A stretch of DNA of 64,000 nt from an uncultured Micavibrio sp. (GTDB lineage: Bacteria > Pseudomonadota > Alphaproteobacteria > Micavibrionales > UBA2020), in the NCBI GenBank assembly GCA_964575605.1, contig CAZNRN010000019.1, positions 7,317 to 71,316 on the forward strand, written 5' to 3'. The stretch's first letter is position 1, and each line of letters starts with the position of its first letter. Both the position numbers and the translations under genes were made by a program. Of this stretch, positions 8,908 to 18,552 are shown in pieces. The notes beneath the pieces were generated by a model. It was not told the DNA's origin and did no database searches. It saw only the letters and a list, made by a program, of their open reading frames with translations.

Positions 8908-10161
8908 ATGGCCAAGCCCAAAGCCCCGAAAAACATGCTGCGCTGCGATGTGCTGATCATCGGCGGCGGCCTTGCGGGCTTGTCGCTGGCGGGTGTACTG
9001 GGCGCGGCGGGCGTTGAAACCGTTATCCTCGACCGCGCGCCGCCTTCGGTCCACCTGAATGACAACTATGATGGGCGCACCACGGCGATTTCTTATGCCT
9101 CGCACAAGGTGTTGCAGGCGGCGGCTGTATGGGATGCGATTCTGCCCGATGCTTCGCCAATACTCGATATCCGCGTGGCCGATGGCGCCTCGCCGCTTTT
9201 CCTGCATTTCGCAACCGACAAGGACGGCAACGGCGAACCCTTCGGTTGGATTGTCGAGAACCTGCTGCTGCGCCGCGCGCTCTATAAGAACCTCGCGCGT
9301 TTCAAGAACGTCAAACACCTTGCGCCCGTCGATATCACCGCCTTCCACAGCGATGATTCAAACGCGGGCGTCACGCTGAAAGACGGCCGCCGTATTTCGG
9401 CGCCGCTGGTGATCGGCGCGGACGGCCGCCAGTCGCCCACGCGCGAATGGCTGGGGATTGGCGTGAAACAATGGTCCTACGGCCAGATCGCGATTGTCTG
9501 CAACGCCGCGCATGAATTGGATCACGAGAATGTGGCGGTCGAACACTTCATGCCTGCCGGCCCCTTCGCCGTGCTGCCGATGACGGATGATAAAGACGGC
9601 AACCACCGTTCCTCCGTCGTCTGGACGGTCGAGGAAAAAGACGCGGCGAAATTCCTGGCGCTCGCGCCTGCGAAATTCGATGCGGAACTGCAAAAGCTCT
9701 TCGGCGAACATCTGGGCAAGGTGCGCGCGGCGTCAAAGCCGATGGGCTATCCGCTCTCGCTGATGCATGCCGAAAAATATACCGGCCCGCGCGTCGCGCT
9801 GATGGCCGAGGCCGCGCATGTTATCCACCCGATCGCTGGGCAGGGGTTGAACCTGTCGATGCGTGATGTGGCCGTGCTGTCAGAGCTGGTGGTCGACGGG
9901 CTGAAGCTGGGGCAGGATATCGGGGCGCCTGCGTTGCTGGCGCATTATGAACAATGGCGCCGCACGGACACGTTGATGATGGCGGGCTTCACCGATCTTT
10001 TGAACCGCCTGTTTTCCAACAACCTGAAATCCGTTGCCGCGATTCGGGACTTAGGGATTGGAATCGTCGACAAAATACCCCCCTTAAAGGGATTTTTCGC
10101 CCGCCAGGCGATGGGTTTGGGTGGAAAACCGCCCCGGATTTTACAGGATGGGCGGCTTTAA
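8908..10161 (+). CDS. ubiH: UbiH/UbiF/Coq6-family FAD-dependent ubiquinone-biosynthesis hydroxylase
   Basis: FAD fingerprint DVLIIGGGLAGLS, GADGRQSPTR, and HPIAGQGLNLSMRD near the C-terminus. Confidence 0.7.
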   Translation: MAKPKAPKNMLRCDVLIIGGGLAGLSLAGVLGAAGVETVILDRAPPSVHLNDNYDGRTTAISYASHKVLQAAAVWDAILPDASPILDIRVADGASPLFLHFATDKDGNGEPFGWIVENLLLRRALYKNLARFKNVKHLAPVDITAFHSDDSNAGVTLKDGRRISAPLVIGADGRQSPTREWLGIGVKQWSYGQIAIVCNAAHELDHENVAVEHFMPAGPFAVLPMTDDKDGNHRSSVVWTVEEKDAAKFLALAPAKFDAELQKLFGEHLGKVRAASKPMGYPLSLMHAEKYTGPRVALMAEAAHVIHPIAGQGLNLSMRDVAVLSELVVDGLKLGQDIGAPALLAHYEQWRRTDTLMMAGFTDLLNRLFSNNLKSVAAIRDLGIGIVDKIPPLKGFFARQAMGLGGKPPRILQDGRL

Positions 10162-10276
10162 CCTTTTATTCATTTGATTTCACGTGTTTTTTTCTGCTTT
10201 CTGCTTGACGGCACCCCGAAAGCTTGGCACGCTAAGACTCTGATAGCGTTGATTTTCAATCAAGGACCCTGTCGTC

Positions 10277-10588
10277 ATGACAAAATCTGAACTGATCCTC
10301 AAACTCGCCGAGCTGAACCCGCACCTCTACCAGAGCCATGCGGAGCAGATCGTGGACACGATTTTTGAAGAGATTACAAAGGCATTGGCAAACGGCAGCC
10401 GCGTCGAACTGCGCGGTTTCGGGGCATTCTCGGTGAAGCAGCGCAAGGCCCGCATGGGCCGCAACCCGCGCACCGGCGAGACCGTGAAGGTCGAAAACAA
10501 GCGCGTGCCCTTCTTCAAAATCGGCAAGAAAATGCACGAGCGCCTGAACGGCATCGTCTCCGACGACGAAGACGATATGAAGGACTAA
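10277..10588 (+). CDS. ihfB: integration host factor subunit beta
   Basis: [11 protein letters not shown]...[42 protein letters not shown] is a classic IHF-beta/HU fold sequence. Confidence 0.9.
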   Translation: MTKSELILKLAELNPHLYQSHAEQIVDTIFEEITKALANGSRVELRGFGAFSVKQRKARMGRNPRTGETVKVENKRVPFFKIGKKMHERLNGIVSDDEDDMKD

Positions 10589-10628
10589 GTCCTCCTCCCC
10601 TTAAACCGCTGATTATAAAGGGGGATAA

Positions 10629-10961
10629 ATGGCCTATATCACGCTACTCATCACCATCCCTTTGACCGTCTTCGCGGCGCTGTTTTCGCTGTCGAACACC
10701 GGCGTTATCACGCTTGGCCTCTGGCCCTTTGAAAAGACAATAGATTTTGCGGTTAATATCTTCGGCCTCGGCATGCTGGGCATCGGCTTTTTGCTGGGCG
10801 CGCTTTTCGTGTGGCTGCAATACCAGCGGTTGCGCGTGAAGCTCTGGCAGGAAAGCCGCAAAGCGGCGCGGCTGGAAAAAGAACTCGACTCCCTGCGCCA
10901 GAAGGCGGAAACTGCCGCCTCACCAGATACAACACCCAAGCTGCCCGCCACGGCGGCCTAA
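10629..10961 (+). CDS. lapA: LapA-family (DUF1049) inner-membrane protein
   Basis: Two TM helices followed by a coiled basic tail. Sits in the conserved position directly after ihfB. Confidence 0.6.
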   Translation: MAYITLLITIPLTVFAALFSLSNTGVITLGLWPFEKTIDFAVNIFGLGMLGIGFLLGALFVWLQYQRLRVKLWQESRKAARLEKELDSLRQKAETAASPDTTPKLPATAA

Positions 10962-10974
10962 CAGGAGCTCCGTC

Positions 10975-11397
10975 TTGAAACGCGTCAGGAAAGTCGTCGC
11001 CTATATCACGCTGGGCGACAAGCTGCTGGTCTTCAACCACCGCGATTACCCGGAAGCAGGCGTACAGGTGCCCGCCGGCACCGTCGAGGAAGCCGAGGAG
11101 CTGCCGGACGCCGTGCTGCGCGAAGCGGAGGAAGAAACGGGACTCAAAGGGCTGACGCTGGTGAAATACCTCGGCGCCGAAGATTTCGATGCCGCCAAAG
11201 TCGGCCGTGACGAAGTGCATGAGCGCCATTTCTTCCATCTCCAATGCGCCAACCCTGCGCCCGAAAAATGGAGGCACTGGGAAATGACGCCCTATGGCGA
11301 CGACAAGACGCCGGTTGCTTTCGATTTATACTGGGCGGATAAACAGGATCCCGGCCTGTCCTACGGCTTCGACGCGCTGCTGCGTAAAGTCACTTAA
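10975..11397 (+). CDS. NUDIX hydrolase
   Basis: Nudix box GTVEEAEELPDAVLREAEEETGL. TTG start. Confidence 0.75.
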   Translation: MKRVRKVVAYITLGDKLLVFNHRDYPEAGVQVPAGTVEEAEELPDAVLREAEEETGLKGLTLVKYLGAEDFDAAKVGRDEVHERHFFHLQCANPAPEKWRHWEMTPYGDDKTPVAFDLYWADKQDPGLSYGFDALLRKVT

Positions 11398-12485
11398 GCC
11401 CTGAACAGGTAATCCTGCACGTGCCTGTTGTCGCGCCGCCAGAACGCGGCGTCGATAAAGTAGTGATGGATGTTGATGAAGACGATAAACGACGTCAGGA
11501 AGAATTTCGGGTCATAGCTTAACCCCGTGATGCCGAAATTGCGGTCGAGCGCCTTGGGGAAAAACTCCATCAGCACAGCACCCGCCAGTAACCCCGTCGC
11601 CGCAAAGATAACAAAACCGCCCATGGCTTTGGGGCCAGTCATCTGCCTGAATTCCTCGCGTTTGAATTTGTAGACGAAGGGCAAGTATTGAAGACCGTGG
11701 AACAGCGGCACGATGGCATAGAACATCATGTCGATGCGCGGCATTAAAACCCACATATATATGGCTGATACATAGCCGACCAGCGCATTGGCCGAAAGTT
11801 TCTTTTCACCCTCCAGCCATGGCGCGACGAGCACTGCCGCCGCAGCCAGCGTCGTGATACAGGCGAAAACACCGCCATAGGTAACGACCCAGGCGGGCAG
11901 GGGGATAGAAGGGTAAAGCCCGGGCGGATAGTCTTTTTCAACCATCTGCGCCGCCAGCGCGTTATTCGCCGCCGCCCATGACCAGAGCCAGACGGCATAG
12001 GCGTTGACCCACAACACCCTTTTTTCCCAGGCGCTGTAGTAGATACCTTTGTACAGCGACAGCGTGATCAGCACGCCATAGCCCTGCTTGACGTAGTGCC
12101 AGCCCACAGTCAGCAGCATCACGAAATAGGCCCAGCCCACCATTGCGGGATCGCGCACGGAAAAAGTCACCGCAAAATAGGCGGCCATGGCGGCGGGCAC
12201 GACAACGCCGGCGAGGGCATGGCGGATACGGCTGAAAACCCCCGTATCTTTGCCGAACAGCCTGTCCGTGAACCCGCGGTAGAACAGCAGGTATGAATAG
12301 ACGAAATGCGGATAGGACAGGATGAAGGAAAATAAAATGATAAAGGCCGGCACCGCCAGCCGGACATCGCGCGGCATAAAGGGCAGCACTGAAAGGTAAA
12401 GCGCGAAGGTGAGGATCGACGTCCCGCCCAGAAGCCAGAAATCGGCCTGCGGTGAAACCAGCGCGCGTCGGGGGGCTGCCGTCAC
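11394..12485 (-). CDS. polytopic membrane protein with conserved His motifs, paralog B
   Basis: Paralog of 12490..13629, sharing YPHFxYSYLLFY, VGWHYVKQGYGVLITLS, FHxLQYLPFVYK and FINxHHxFIDxAFWRRDN. The track ORF runs to 12611 but would overlap the upstream gene. GTG at 12485 (VTAAPRRALVSPQ) matches the paralog N-terminus. Start is uncertain. Confidence 0.65.
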   Translation of the reverse strand: MTAAPRRALVSPQADFWLLGGTSILTFALYLSVLPFMPRDVRLAVPAFIILFSFILSYPHFVYSYLLFYRGFTDRLFGKDTGVFSRIRHALAGVVVPAAMAAYFAVTFSVRDPAMVGWAYFVMLLTVGWHYVKQGYGVLITLSLYKGIYYSAWEKRVLWVNAYAVWLWSWAAANNALAAQMVEKDYPPGLYPSIPLPAWVVTYGGVFACITTLAAAAVLVAPWLEGEKKLSANALVGYVSAIYMWVLMPRIDMMFYAIVPLFHGLQYLPFVYKFKREEFRQMTGPKAMGGFVIFAATGLLAGAVLMEFFPKALDRNFGITGLSYDPKFFLTSFIVFINIHHYFIDAAFWRRDNRHVQDYLFRA

Positions 12486-12489
12486 GGCC

Positions 12490-13629
12490 TCAAGCCCTGA
12501 ACAGGTTGTGCTGCACGTCCTTGTTATCCCTGCGCCAGAAAGCGTGGTCGATAAAGAAGTGGTGGACGTTGATAAAGACGATAAAGCCGATGAGGAAGAA
12601 GTAGGGGTCAAGCGCCGCGTTTTCCATCGTCATGCCGATATGGTCGTCGAGATTGTTGGGGATGGTTTCAAAGAAGACGGTGCCTAGCGCCGCGCCTACT
12701 GCCGTGAACATCAGCGCGTTGATGATAAACAGACGGCGTGAACGCCTGTAGTTGCCGAGTGGCCGGTGCAGTTCGCGCGAGAGTTCCGATTTTTTGTACT
12801 TATAGACAAAGGGCAGGTACTGCAGCGAATGGAACATCGGGATAAAGACGTAGAACCCCATGTTCACAAAGGGCACCATTACCCACATATAAATCGCGCA
12901 GACATAGCCCACCACCGCATTGAATGATATCCCTTTGTTTTCGGCCAGCCAGCGGTTCAGCACCACGGCGATACAGGCGGCGGTGGTGAAACAGGCGAAG
13001 TAAAAACTGCCGTCTACGACCCAGGCAGGATAGTCGAAAGCGTTCCATTTCAAATGCCGGTAATTCAGCTCGCCGCCGACACTGTTCGTGCGGCACCAGG
13101 AATAGGCCCAGACCGCATAGGCGTTGACGTAGAGGATGCGTTTTTCCCAGTTGGTGTAAAAAACGTTTTTGTAAACCGACAGGGTGATCAGGACGCCGTA
13201 ACCCTGCTTCACGTAGTGCCAGCCTACGGTGAAAATCATCACGAAAACCGCAAGGCTCAGCAGTTCAGGGCGCTTGCTCAGGTAGGCGTGGATAAAATAA
13301 AGCACCATGATCACGGGCACCGCGATGCCGGCCACAAGGAGCCTTACGCGGCTTGCCGGTTCCGTGCCCGGGCCGAAAAGCCGTGCAGAAAAGTTCTTGT
13401 AGAACAGCAGGTATGAATAGGCGAAGTGCGGATAGTTGATGACGAAGGAAAAATACCCCGCCCATATATAGGCTTCGGCCTTGAAGGCCTCCTGGTTATC
13501 GGCGTTGGTGAACACGAGACAGAGGCCGAGCAGTATGATGGAAAGCCCGCCCAGCAGCAGGAAATCCATCGCCGGGCTGACCAGCGCGCGGTCTGTGGAC
13601 TGGAAGCCGAGGCGTTTGGCGAGGCTCAT
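12490..13629 (-). CDS. polytopic membrane protein with conserved His motifs, paralog A
   Basis: 379 aa with about 9 hydrophobic segments and the same four His-containing motifs. Its start overlaps the upstream FecR-like gene stop (13626-13629). Confidence 0.7.
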   Translation of the reverse strand: MSLAKRLGFQSTDRALVSPAMDFLLLGGLSIILLGLCLVFTNADNQEAFKAEAYIWAGYFSFVINYPHFAYSYLLFYKNFSARLFGPGTEPASRVRLLVAGIAVPVIMVLYFIHAYLSKRPELLSLAVFVMIFTVGWHYVKQGYGVLITLSVYKNVFYTNWEKRILYVNAYAVWAYSWCRTNSVGGELNYRHLKWNAFDYPAWVVDGSFYFACFTTAACIAVVLNRWLAENKGISFNAVVGYVCAIYMWVMVPFVNMGFYVFIPMFHSLQYLPFVYKYKKSELSRELHRPLGNYRRSRRLFIINALMFTAVGAALGTVFFETIPNNLDDHIGMTMENAALDPYFFLIGFIVFINVHHFFIDHAFWRRDNKDVQHNLFRA

Positions 13630-14618
13630 AACCCGAGGCCCTTCAATGCCCTGAACGACCGTGTCGGGTCGGCTGCCGGTTTTTCTTTATAGACTTTCTT
13701 GCCAGCCGGTGCGGTGGTCGTGGCCTTGCCGCCCGGCGTAGTGGTCGTAGTTGTTGTGGTCCTGCCGCCCGGTGTTTCGAACAGCGGGAAGTTGCCCCTC
13801 ATACCGCCCTTCTGGCCGGGGATGATATTACCGCCCGGCACCATGTTGCCGGGGACCATGTTCCCCGGCACGCCCGGGACACCCTTCATTTTCAGGAAGT
13901 TGTTGAGCAGCAGGTCGTTTTTGCCCGAGCCCTCGAAGTTCAGCATGCGCTGCAGGACTTCTTCCTTGCGGGACAGCAGCACGGTCGCCGCGATCAGCTG
14001 CAGTTTTTTCGCGGGCCAGGGCATGGCGTCGGAGGGTTTTTGCTTGCGGCTCTTGATAGAAGTGCCCTTGCCCTTGTCGACGAAGGTTTCGCCGCCGTCG
14101 TTGCGCACGCGTACGCGGCCTTCCTCGACGTTTACACCATATTCCTGCTCGATCTCGCCCGCCCAGAATTTCGTGCCGCGGATGCCGATCGAGCCGTAAC
14201 CGGTTTCAATTTCAACCTTGGGGTCTTTTTTCTTGGCAATCGCGCCGCTGATGTATTCGAAGGCGCCGCGCGTGACGCTGTAATGCGCCTTGTCGTCCTG
14301 CGGGGCCGAGGGGTCGAAGGCGTATTCATCGGCGACGAAGCGGGTGTTTTCCGACAGCGTAAACTGCGTCTTGTCGATGAAGAGGATAAAGCCCTTGGAT
14401 TTCGGGCCGGTTTCGATGACGTCGTTCAGGTGCAGCTGGGTTTCGACCTTGGCAGGCTTGCGTTCCTTCGTCCCTGCGGCTGTGATCCAGACCTTGCCCT
14501 CGACCTCCAGCATCGTGCCAATCACGGCCGGCTGTGCGGGGGCTTGCTGAGGCTGCGCGAAGGCGGGTGAGGCGGTCATAAGGAATGACAGGCACAAGAC
14601 GGCGAAATATTTCAGCAT
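13626..14618 (-). CDS. secreted FecR-domain protein with low-complexity C-terminus
   Basis: Signal peptide MLKYFAVLCLSFLMTASPAFA. FecR-like core (LEVEGKVWI...LHLNDVIETGPKSKGFILFIDKTQFTLSENT...RGAFEYISG...IGIRGTKFW). Tail contains PGNMVPGNMVPGG and a T8 run. Confidence 0.65.
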   Translation of the reverse strand: MLKYFAVLCLSFLMTASPAFAQPQQAPAQPAVIGTMLEVEGKVWITAAGTKERKPAKVETQLHLNDVIETGPKSKGFILFIDKTQFTLSENTRFVADEYAFDPSAPQDDKAHYSVTRGAFEYISGAIAKKKDPKVEIETGYGSIGIRGTKFWAGEIEQEYGVNVEEGRVRVRNDGGETFVDKGKGTSIKSRKQKPSDAMPWPAKKLQLIAATVLLSRKEEVLQRMLNFEGSGKNDLLLNNFLKMKGVPGVPGNMVPGNMVPGGNIIPGQKGGMRGNFPLFETPGGRTTTTTTTTPGGKATTTAPAGKKVYKEKPAADPTRSFRALKGLGL

Positions 14619-14629
14619 GATGCGAACCC

Positions 14630-14715
14630 CATAAACCCTGCTCTACTGCTTATCTTATCCCAAAGCAGGCGATAAGCCAGCAGGGATAAGCCGCGGGCAG
14701 GCGGTAGGGTTTATG
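14630..14715. promoter_or_regulatory. structured upstream region of the FecR-like operon: 10-bp inverted repeat enclosing four GATAAG boxes
   Basis: cataaaccct (14630-14639) pairs with agggtttatg (14706-14715). Inside are gcttatcttatcc (14648-14660, two reverse boxes) and the tandem copies agcaggcgataagcc / agcagggataagcc (14664-14692). Confidence 0.4.
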
Positions 14716-14737
14716 ATATGTCAACCGATTGACGGAA

Positions 14738-15154
14738 TCAGCTTAGCGCCTTGCCGTTCAGCTTGAGGGTAACTGCGATATTACCCTTGGTCGCCTTGGA
14801 ATAGGGGCAGACCTTATGCGCGTCCTGCACCAGCAGGGTCGCCAGTTTCTCCTCGATGCCGGTCATGGTGACGGCCAGCGTCACGCCCAGGAAAAACCCG
14901 TGTTCGTCCTGGTTCAGCGTGACTTCGGAATTGAGGTTGATCGCACCCGTTTCCAGCTTGCGCTGCCCCGCCACATAGGCGATCGCGCTGCCGAAGCAGG
15001 CGGCATAACCGATGGCGAACAATTGTTCCGGGTTGGTGCCCATGCCCCCGCCGCCCGGGCGCGAGAGGCTGACGGCCAGCTTGCCGTCGTCAGATTCTCC
15101 CTTGCCGTCGCGCCCGCCGGTGACTGTCGCGCGTGCTGTATACAAAACGGTCAT
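14738..15154 (-). CDS. ohr: organic hydroperoxide resistance protein (OsmC/Ohr family)
   Basis: LYTARATVTGGRDG...GTNPEQLFAIGYAACF...VCPYSKATKGNI is the Ohr signature with both catalytic Cys. Confidence 0.85.
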   Translation of the reverse strand: MTVLYTARATVTGGRDGKGESDDGKLAVSLSRPGGGGMGTNPEQLFAIGYAACFGSAIAYVAGQRKLETGAINLNSEVTLNQDEHGFFLGVTLAVTMTGIEEKLATLLVQDAHKVCPYSKATKGNIAVTLKLNGKALS

Positions 15155-15179
15155 TGTATTATCTCCTCGGGTAACATGA

Positions 15180-15650
15180 TTAAAAGCCTGCGGCTTTTTT
15201 AATATAAGCCGAAAAATCTTCGTCCTCGCCCACCAGCAGCCCCGGCAGCGCGCGTCTGAAATCCTCGCGCTGGCACCAGAACTTTATATAGTCTTCCCAT
15301 GTCGCCCAGAGGCGCTTGGTCTGCTTGTCCATTTTTTCCTCGTAGACAAGGATGTAGGCGCGTTCGAAAAGCGCGACCAGCATGTCGAAAATGACGGTCT
15401 TGCGCTCTTTCTGCTCGGTGCTGAGGCTGTCGTCGGGGATGCCGCCGGTCATCAGCTGCAGATCGGCGTTTTCGATCATCAGGTTCCCGAACTTCGCGTA
15501 TTCTTCGGCCAACGCCTGGTAGAGCTCTTCGTTCTCGAGCTGCCGTTCCTTGTAGTTATCGAGCGCGAACATGGCGATCGCATAGGGAAGGCCGATGACG
15601 GTGACGACGTAACTTGCCAGTTCCCAGGCCTGCAGGGTGCTTTCGGTCAT
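15180..15650 (-). CDS. hypothetical membrane-anchored protein
   Basis: 156 aa with one N-terminal TM. Its start overlaps the stop of the upstream MFS gene by 4 nt. Confidence 0.5.
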   Translation of the reverse strand: MTESTLQAWELASYVVTVIGLPYAIAMFALDNYKERQLENEELYQALAEEYAKFGNLMIENADLQLMTGGIPDDSLSTEQKERKTVIFDMLVALFERAYILVYEEKMDKQTKRLWATWEDYIKFWCQREDFRRALPGLLVGEDEDFSAYIKKAAGF

Positions 15651-16837
15651 GTCATTTCCTCTTTTATTTTAACAGATGGTTGCAGCAGGTAGCCGCCCAG
15701 CGCAATTGCGGAGAATACCGCGCCCGCAATAAACGTATGCCCGGGGCCGAAGGATTTCCAGAGCGCCCCTGCGATGACAGAGGCCAGCAGCAGCGCGATG
15801 CCGGTCAGCAGGTTGAACATGCCGAAGGCCGTGCCGCGCAGGTGCGCCGGTGCTGCTTCTGCGACTAAGGTGGTCAATATGCCCTGCGTCAGCCCCATAT
15901 GCAGCCCCCAGCAGGCGGCCCCGGCGAACAGCAGCACCGGTCCCGCCGCCGCCGCCAGCAATATATCGGCGACAATCAGCGCCCCGATGCCCAGCGCCAG
16001 CAGTCCCGTGCGGCCTATGCGGTCGGAGAGGATGCCGACCGGCCATGCCGACAGGGAATACACAACGTTCATCGCAATCAATATCATCGGTGCATAGGCG
16101 GCGGAAAGGCCAAGGCTGTTGCCGCGCAAAATCAGGAAGGCGTCCGAAAACCGCGCCAGTGTCAGCACCGCGCCCAGCAAGGAGACGAACCAGAAAGCCT
16201 TGTTCAGCTGCTTTAGCTGCTCCTTTTTCAGGGGGAAGGGTTTTTTCTCCGTGGATTTCTCGCGCGTGGGTTCCTTGATGGCGAAGATAATGATCAGCAG
16301 CACCAGCAGCGCAGGCACCATCGACGCCCAGAACACAAGCTTGAAATTATTCACCGACCACAGCATCAGCAGCACGGCGATCAGGGGGCCGGTAAAGGCG
16401 CCGATGGTATCCATGGTCTGGCGCAGTCCATAGGCCGCGCCGCGCATGCCCTCCGGTGTCACATCGGCGACAAAGGCGTCGCGGGGCGCGACGCGGATGC
16501 CCTTGCCGATGCGGTCGGTAAAACGCGCCAGCAAGACCATCTGCACGTTTTCAGCGAGCGGGAAGAGGGGGCGCGTCACGGTCGCCAGGCCATAACCCAG
16601 CAGCAACAGCGGCTTGCGCCTGCCGATCCAGTCGCTGATCGCACCCGAGAAAATTTTGAGGATGGAGGCCGTGGCCTCCGCAATGCCCTCGACGATGCCG
16701 ACCCACAGCGCCGAGGTGCCCAGCACCGTCACCATGAAGACGGGCAGGATGCTGTGGATCATCTCCGACGATATGTCCATGAACATGGACACAAAGCCGA
16801 GCGCAATGACCCCTTTTGGCATTTTTTTCAGTGACAT
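15647..16837 (-). CDS. MFS transporter
   Basis: Twelve-TM-like profile with the DxxGRR-type loop (ISDWIGRRKP). Start moved to ATG 16837 (MSLKKMPKGVIALGF); the track ORF extends to 17116 through an unlikely Pro/Ser-rich leader. Confidence 0.75.
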   Translation of the reverse strand: MSLKKMPKGVIALGFVSMFMDISSEMIHSILPVFMVTVLGTSALWVGIVEGIAEATASILKIFSGAISDWIGRRKPLLLLGYGLATVTRPLFPLAENVQMVLLARFTDRIGKGIRVAPRDAFVADVTPEGMRGAAYGLRQTMDTIGAFTGPLIAVLLMLWSVNNFKLVFWASMVPALLVLLIIIFAIKEPTREKSTEKKPFPLKKEQLKQLNKAFWFVSLLGAVLTLARFSDAFLILRGNSLGLSAAYAPMILIAMNVVYSLSAWPVGILSDRIGRTGLLALGIGALIVADILLAAAAGPVLLFAGAACWGLHMGLTQGILTTLVAEAAPAHLRGTAFGMFNLLTGIALLLASVIAGALWKSFGPGHTFIAGAVFSAIALGGYLLQPSVKIKEEMT

Positions 16838-16904
16838 AACCCGCACCTGTCGCAATATGTTAGGCTTTTTAACAGGGCTTGGAAAGGCTATACTCGGCAA
16901 CGTC

Positions 16905-17450
16905 ATGCAGCGCGTTGTCATCCTCGGGCCCACGGGTTCCGGCAAAACGACATTGGGGTTCAAGGTGGCCGAAAAACTCGGCCTCACACCTGTCGACCTC
17001 GACGACCTCCACTGGAAACCCGCCTCCGAGGGCGCGTGGCAGCACCGCACGACCGAGGAAATGTACGCGCTGGCGATGGCAGCGGGTGCGGGTGACAAAT
17101 GGGTCATCATGGGCAACTATTCCAAGGTGAAGGACGCCATCTGGCCGCGTGCGGATGCCTTCATCTGGATCAATTATCCTTTCTACCGCGTTTTCTGGCA
17201 GCTGCTGCGCCGTTCCATCGCGCGCGCGGTCGACAAAAACCCGATTTGTAACGGCAATACCGAAAGCTGGCGGCTGATGTTTTCGAAGAAAAGCATCATC
17301 GTCTGGCTGTTCCAGAGCTACTGGAAACTGGAAAAACGCTATGCAGAGCATTTTGCCGGGGCTGGAAAAAACCCCGCTGTCCGCTATATTCGCCTCACGT
17401 CGCCACAGGCGACGGCAGAATTCCTGAAATCACTGGAGAACCCGTCATGA
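16905..17450 (+). CDS. P-loop NTPase, adenylate-kinase/topology-modulation-protein-like
   Basis: Starts MQRVVILGPTGSGKTTLG (Walker A) at ATG 16905. The track ORF start at 16614 is antisense to the MFS gene. Confidence 0.6.
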   Translation: MQRVVILGPTGSGKTTLGFKVAEKLGLTPVDLDDLHWKPASEGAWQHRTTEEMYALAMAAGAGDKWVIMGNYSKVKDAIWPRADAFIWINYPFYRVFWQLLRRSIARAVDKNPICNGNTESWRLMFSKKSIIVWLFQSYWKLEKRYAEHFAGAGKNPAVRYIRLTSPQATAEFLKSLENPS

Positions 17451-18550
17451 CCACGCCGCTTTTCACGCCCTTCACAATGCGCGGAACCGAATTCCGCAAC
17501 CGCATCGGCGTGTCGCCCATGTGCCAGTATTCGTCCGAAGACGGCTTCGCCAGCGACTGGCATGTCGTGCATCTGGGCTCCCGCGCGGCGGGCGGGGCCG
17601 GGCTCGTCATCATGGAAATGACCGATGTGACGCCGGAAGGCCGCATCAGCTCCGGCTGTAACGGCATTTGGTCGGATGCGCATGTGGAGCCGCTGAAACG
17701 TGTTACGGATGTGATCAAAAACAACGGCGCGGTCGCTGGCATCCAGATCGCCCATGCGGGCCGCAAGGCGTCGAAGGCGCGCCCCTGGGAAGGCAATAAA
17801 ACGCTGCTGCCGGGGCAGGGCGGCTGGGTGACGCAAGCGCCCTCGGCCATTCCCTTTACCGCGGGCGATCCCGCGCCGCACGCGCTCACCATCGATGAAA
17901 TCAAGAAGCTGGTCGATGCCTTCGTTGCGGGCTCGGTGCGCGCGGTCAAGGCGGGTTTCCAGCTCATCGAACTGCATGGCGCGCATGGCTATCTTATCCA
18001 CCAGTTCCTCTCGCCGCTCAGCAACAAGCGTGATGATATTTATGGAGGCTCCGAAGAAAACCGCTTCCGCTTCGCGCTCGATATCATGAAAGCGGTGCGC
18101 GCCGCCGTGCCCGCGAATATCATCGTCGGCATGCGCCTCTCATGCACCGACTGGGTCGAGGGCGCACTCACGATTGCCGATACCACAAGGCTATCGCAGC
18201 AACTGAAGGCCGCGGGTGCCGATTTCATCGACTGTTCCTCGGGCTTTGTCACAGGCGACGCCAAGGTGCCTTTTGCACCAGGCTTCCAGGTGCCTTTCGC
18301 GAAAGAAATCCGCGAGAAGGCAGGCATCCCCACCTGCGCCGTCGGCATGATCACCGAAGCGAAACAGGCGAATGATATCGTCGCCTCCGGTTCGGCCGAT
18401 ATTGTGCTGCTGGCGCGGAAGCTCCTCAGCGACGCCTACTGGCCGATCCATGCGGCGCTGGAACTGGGGGCGGAACCTCCCATCCCCGCCCAATACCTGC
18501 GCGGCTACGAGGCCGATAAATACGCCCTGGCCAAGAAAAAGGCGGGGTAG
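17447..18550 (+). CDS. NADH:flavin oxidoreductase, Old Yellow Enzyme family (YqjM/NamA-like)
   Basis: FRNRIGVSPMCQYS...DWHVVHLGSRA...IELHGAHGYLIHQFLSP...RLSCTDW. ATGA overlap with the upstream gene. Confidence 0.85.
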   Translation: MTTPLFTPFTMRGTEFRNRIGVSPMCQYSSEDGFASDWHVVHLGSRAAGGAGLVIMEMTDVTPEGRISSGCNGIWSDAHVEPLKRVTDVIKNNGAVAGIQIAHAGRKASKARPWEGNKTLLPGQGGWVTQAPSAIPFTAGDPAPHALTIDEIKKLVDAFVAGSVRAVKAGFQLIELHGAHGYLIHQFLSPLSNKRDDIYGGSEENRFRFALDIMKAVRAAVPANIIVGMRLSCTDWVEGALTIADTTRLSQQLKAAGADFIDCSSGFVTGDAKVPFAPGFQVPFAKEIREKAGIPTCAVGMITEAKQANDIVASGSADIVLLARKLLSDAYWPIHAALELGAEPPIPAQYLRGYEADKYALAKKKAG

Positions 18551-18552
18551 GC

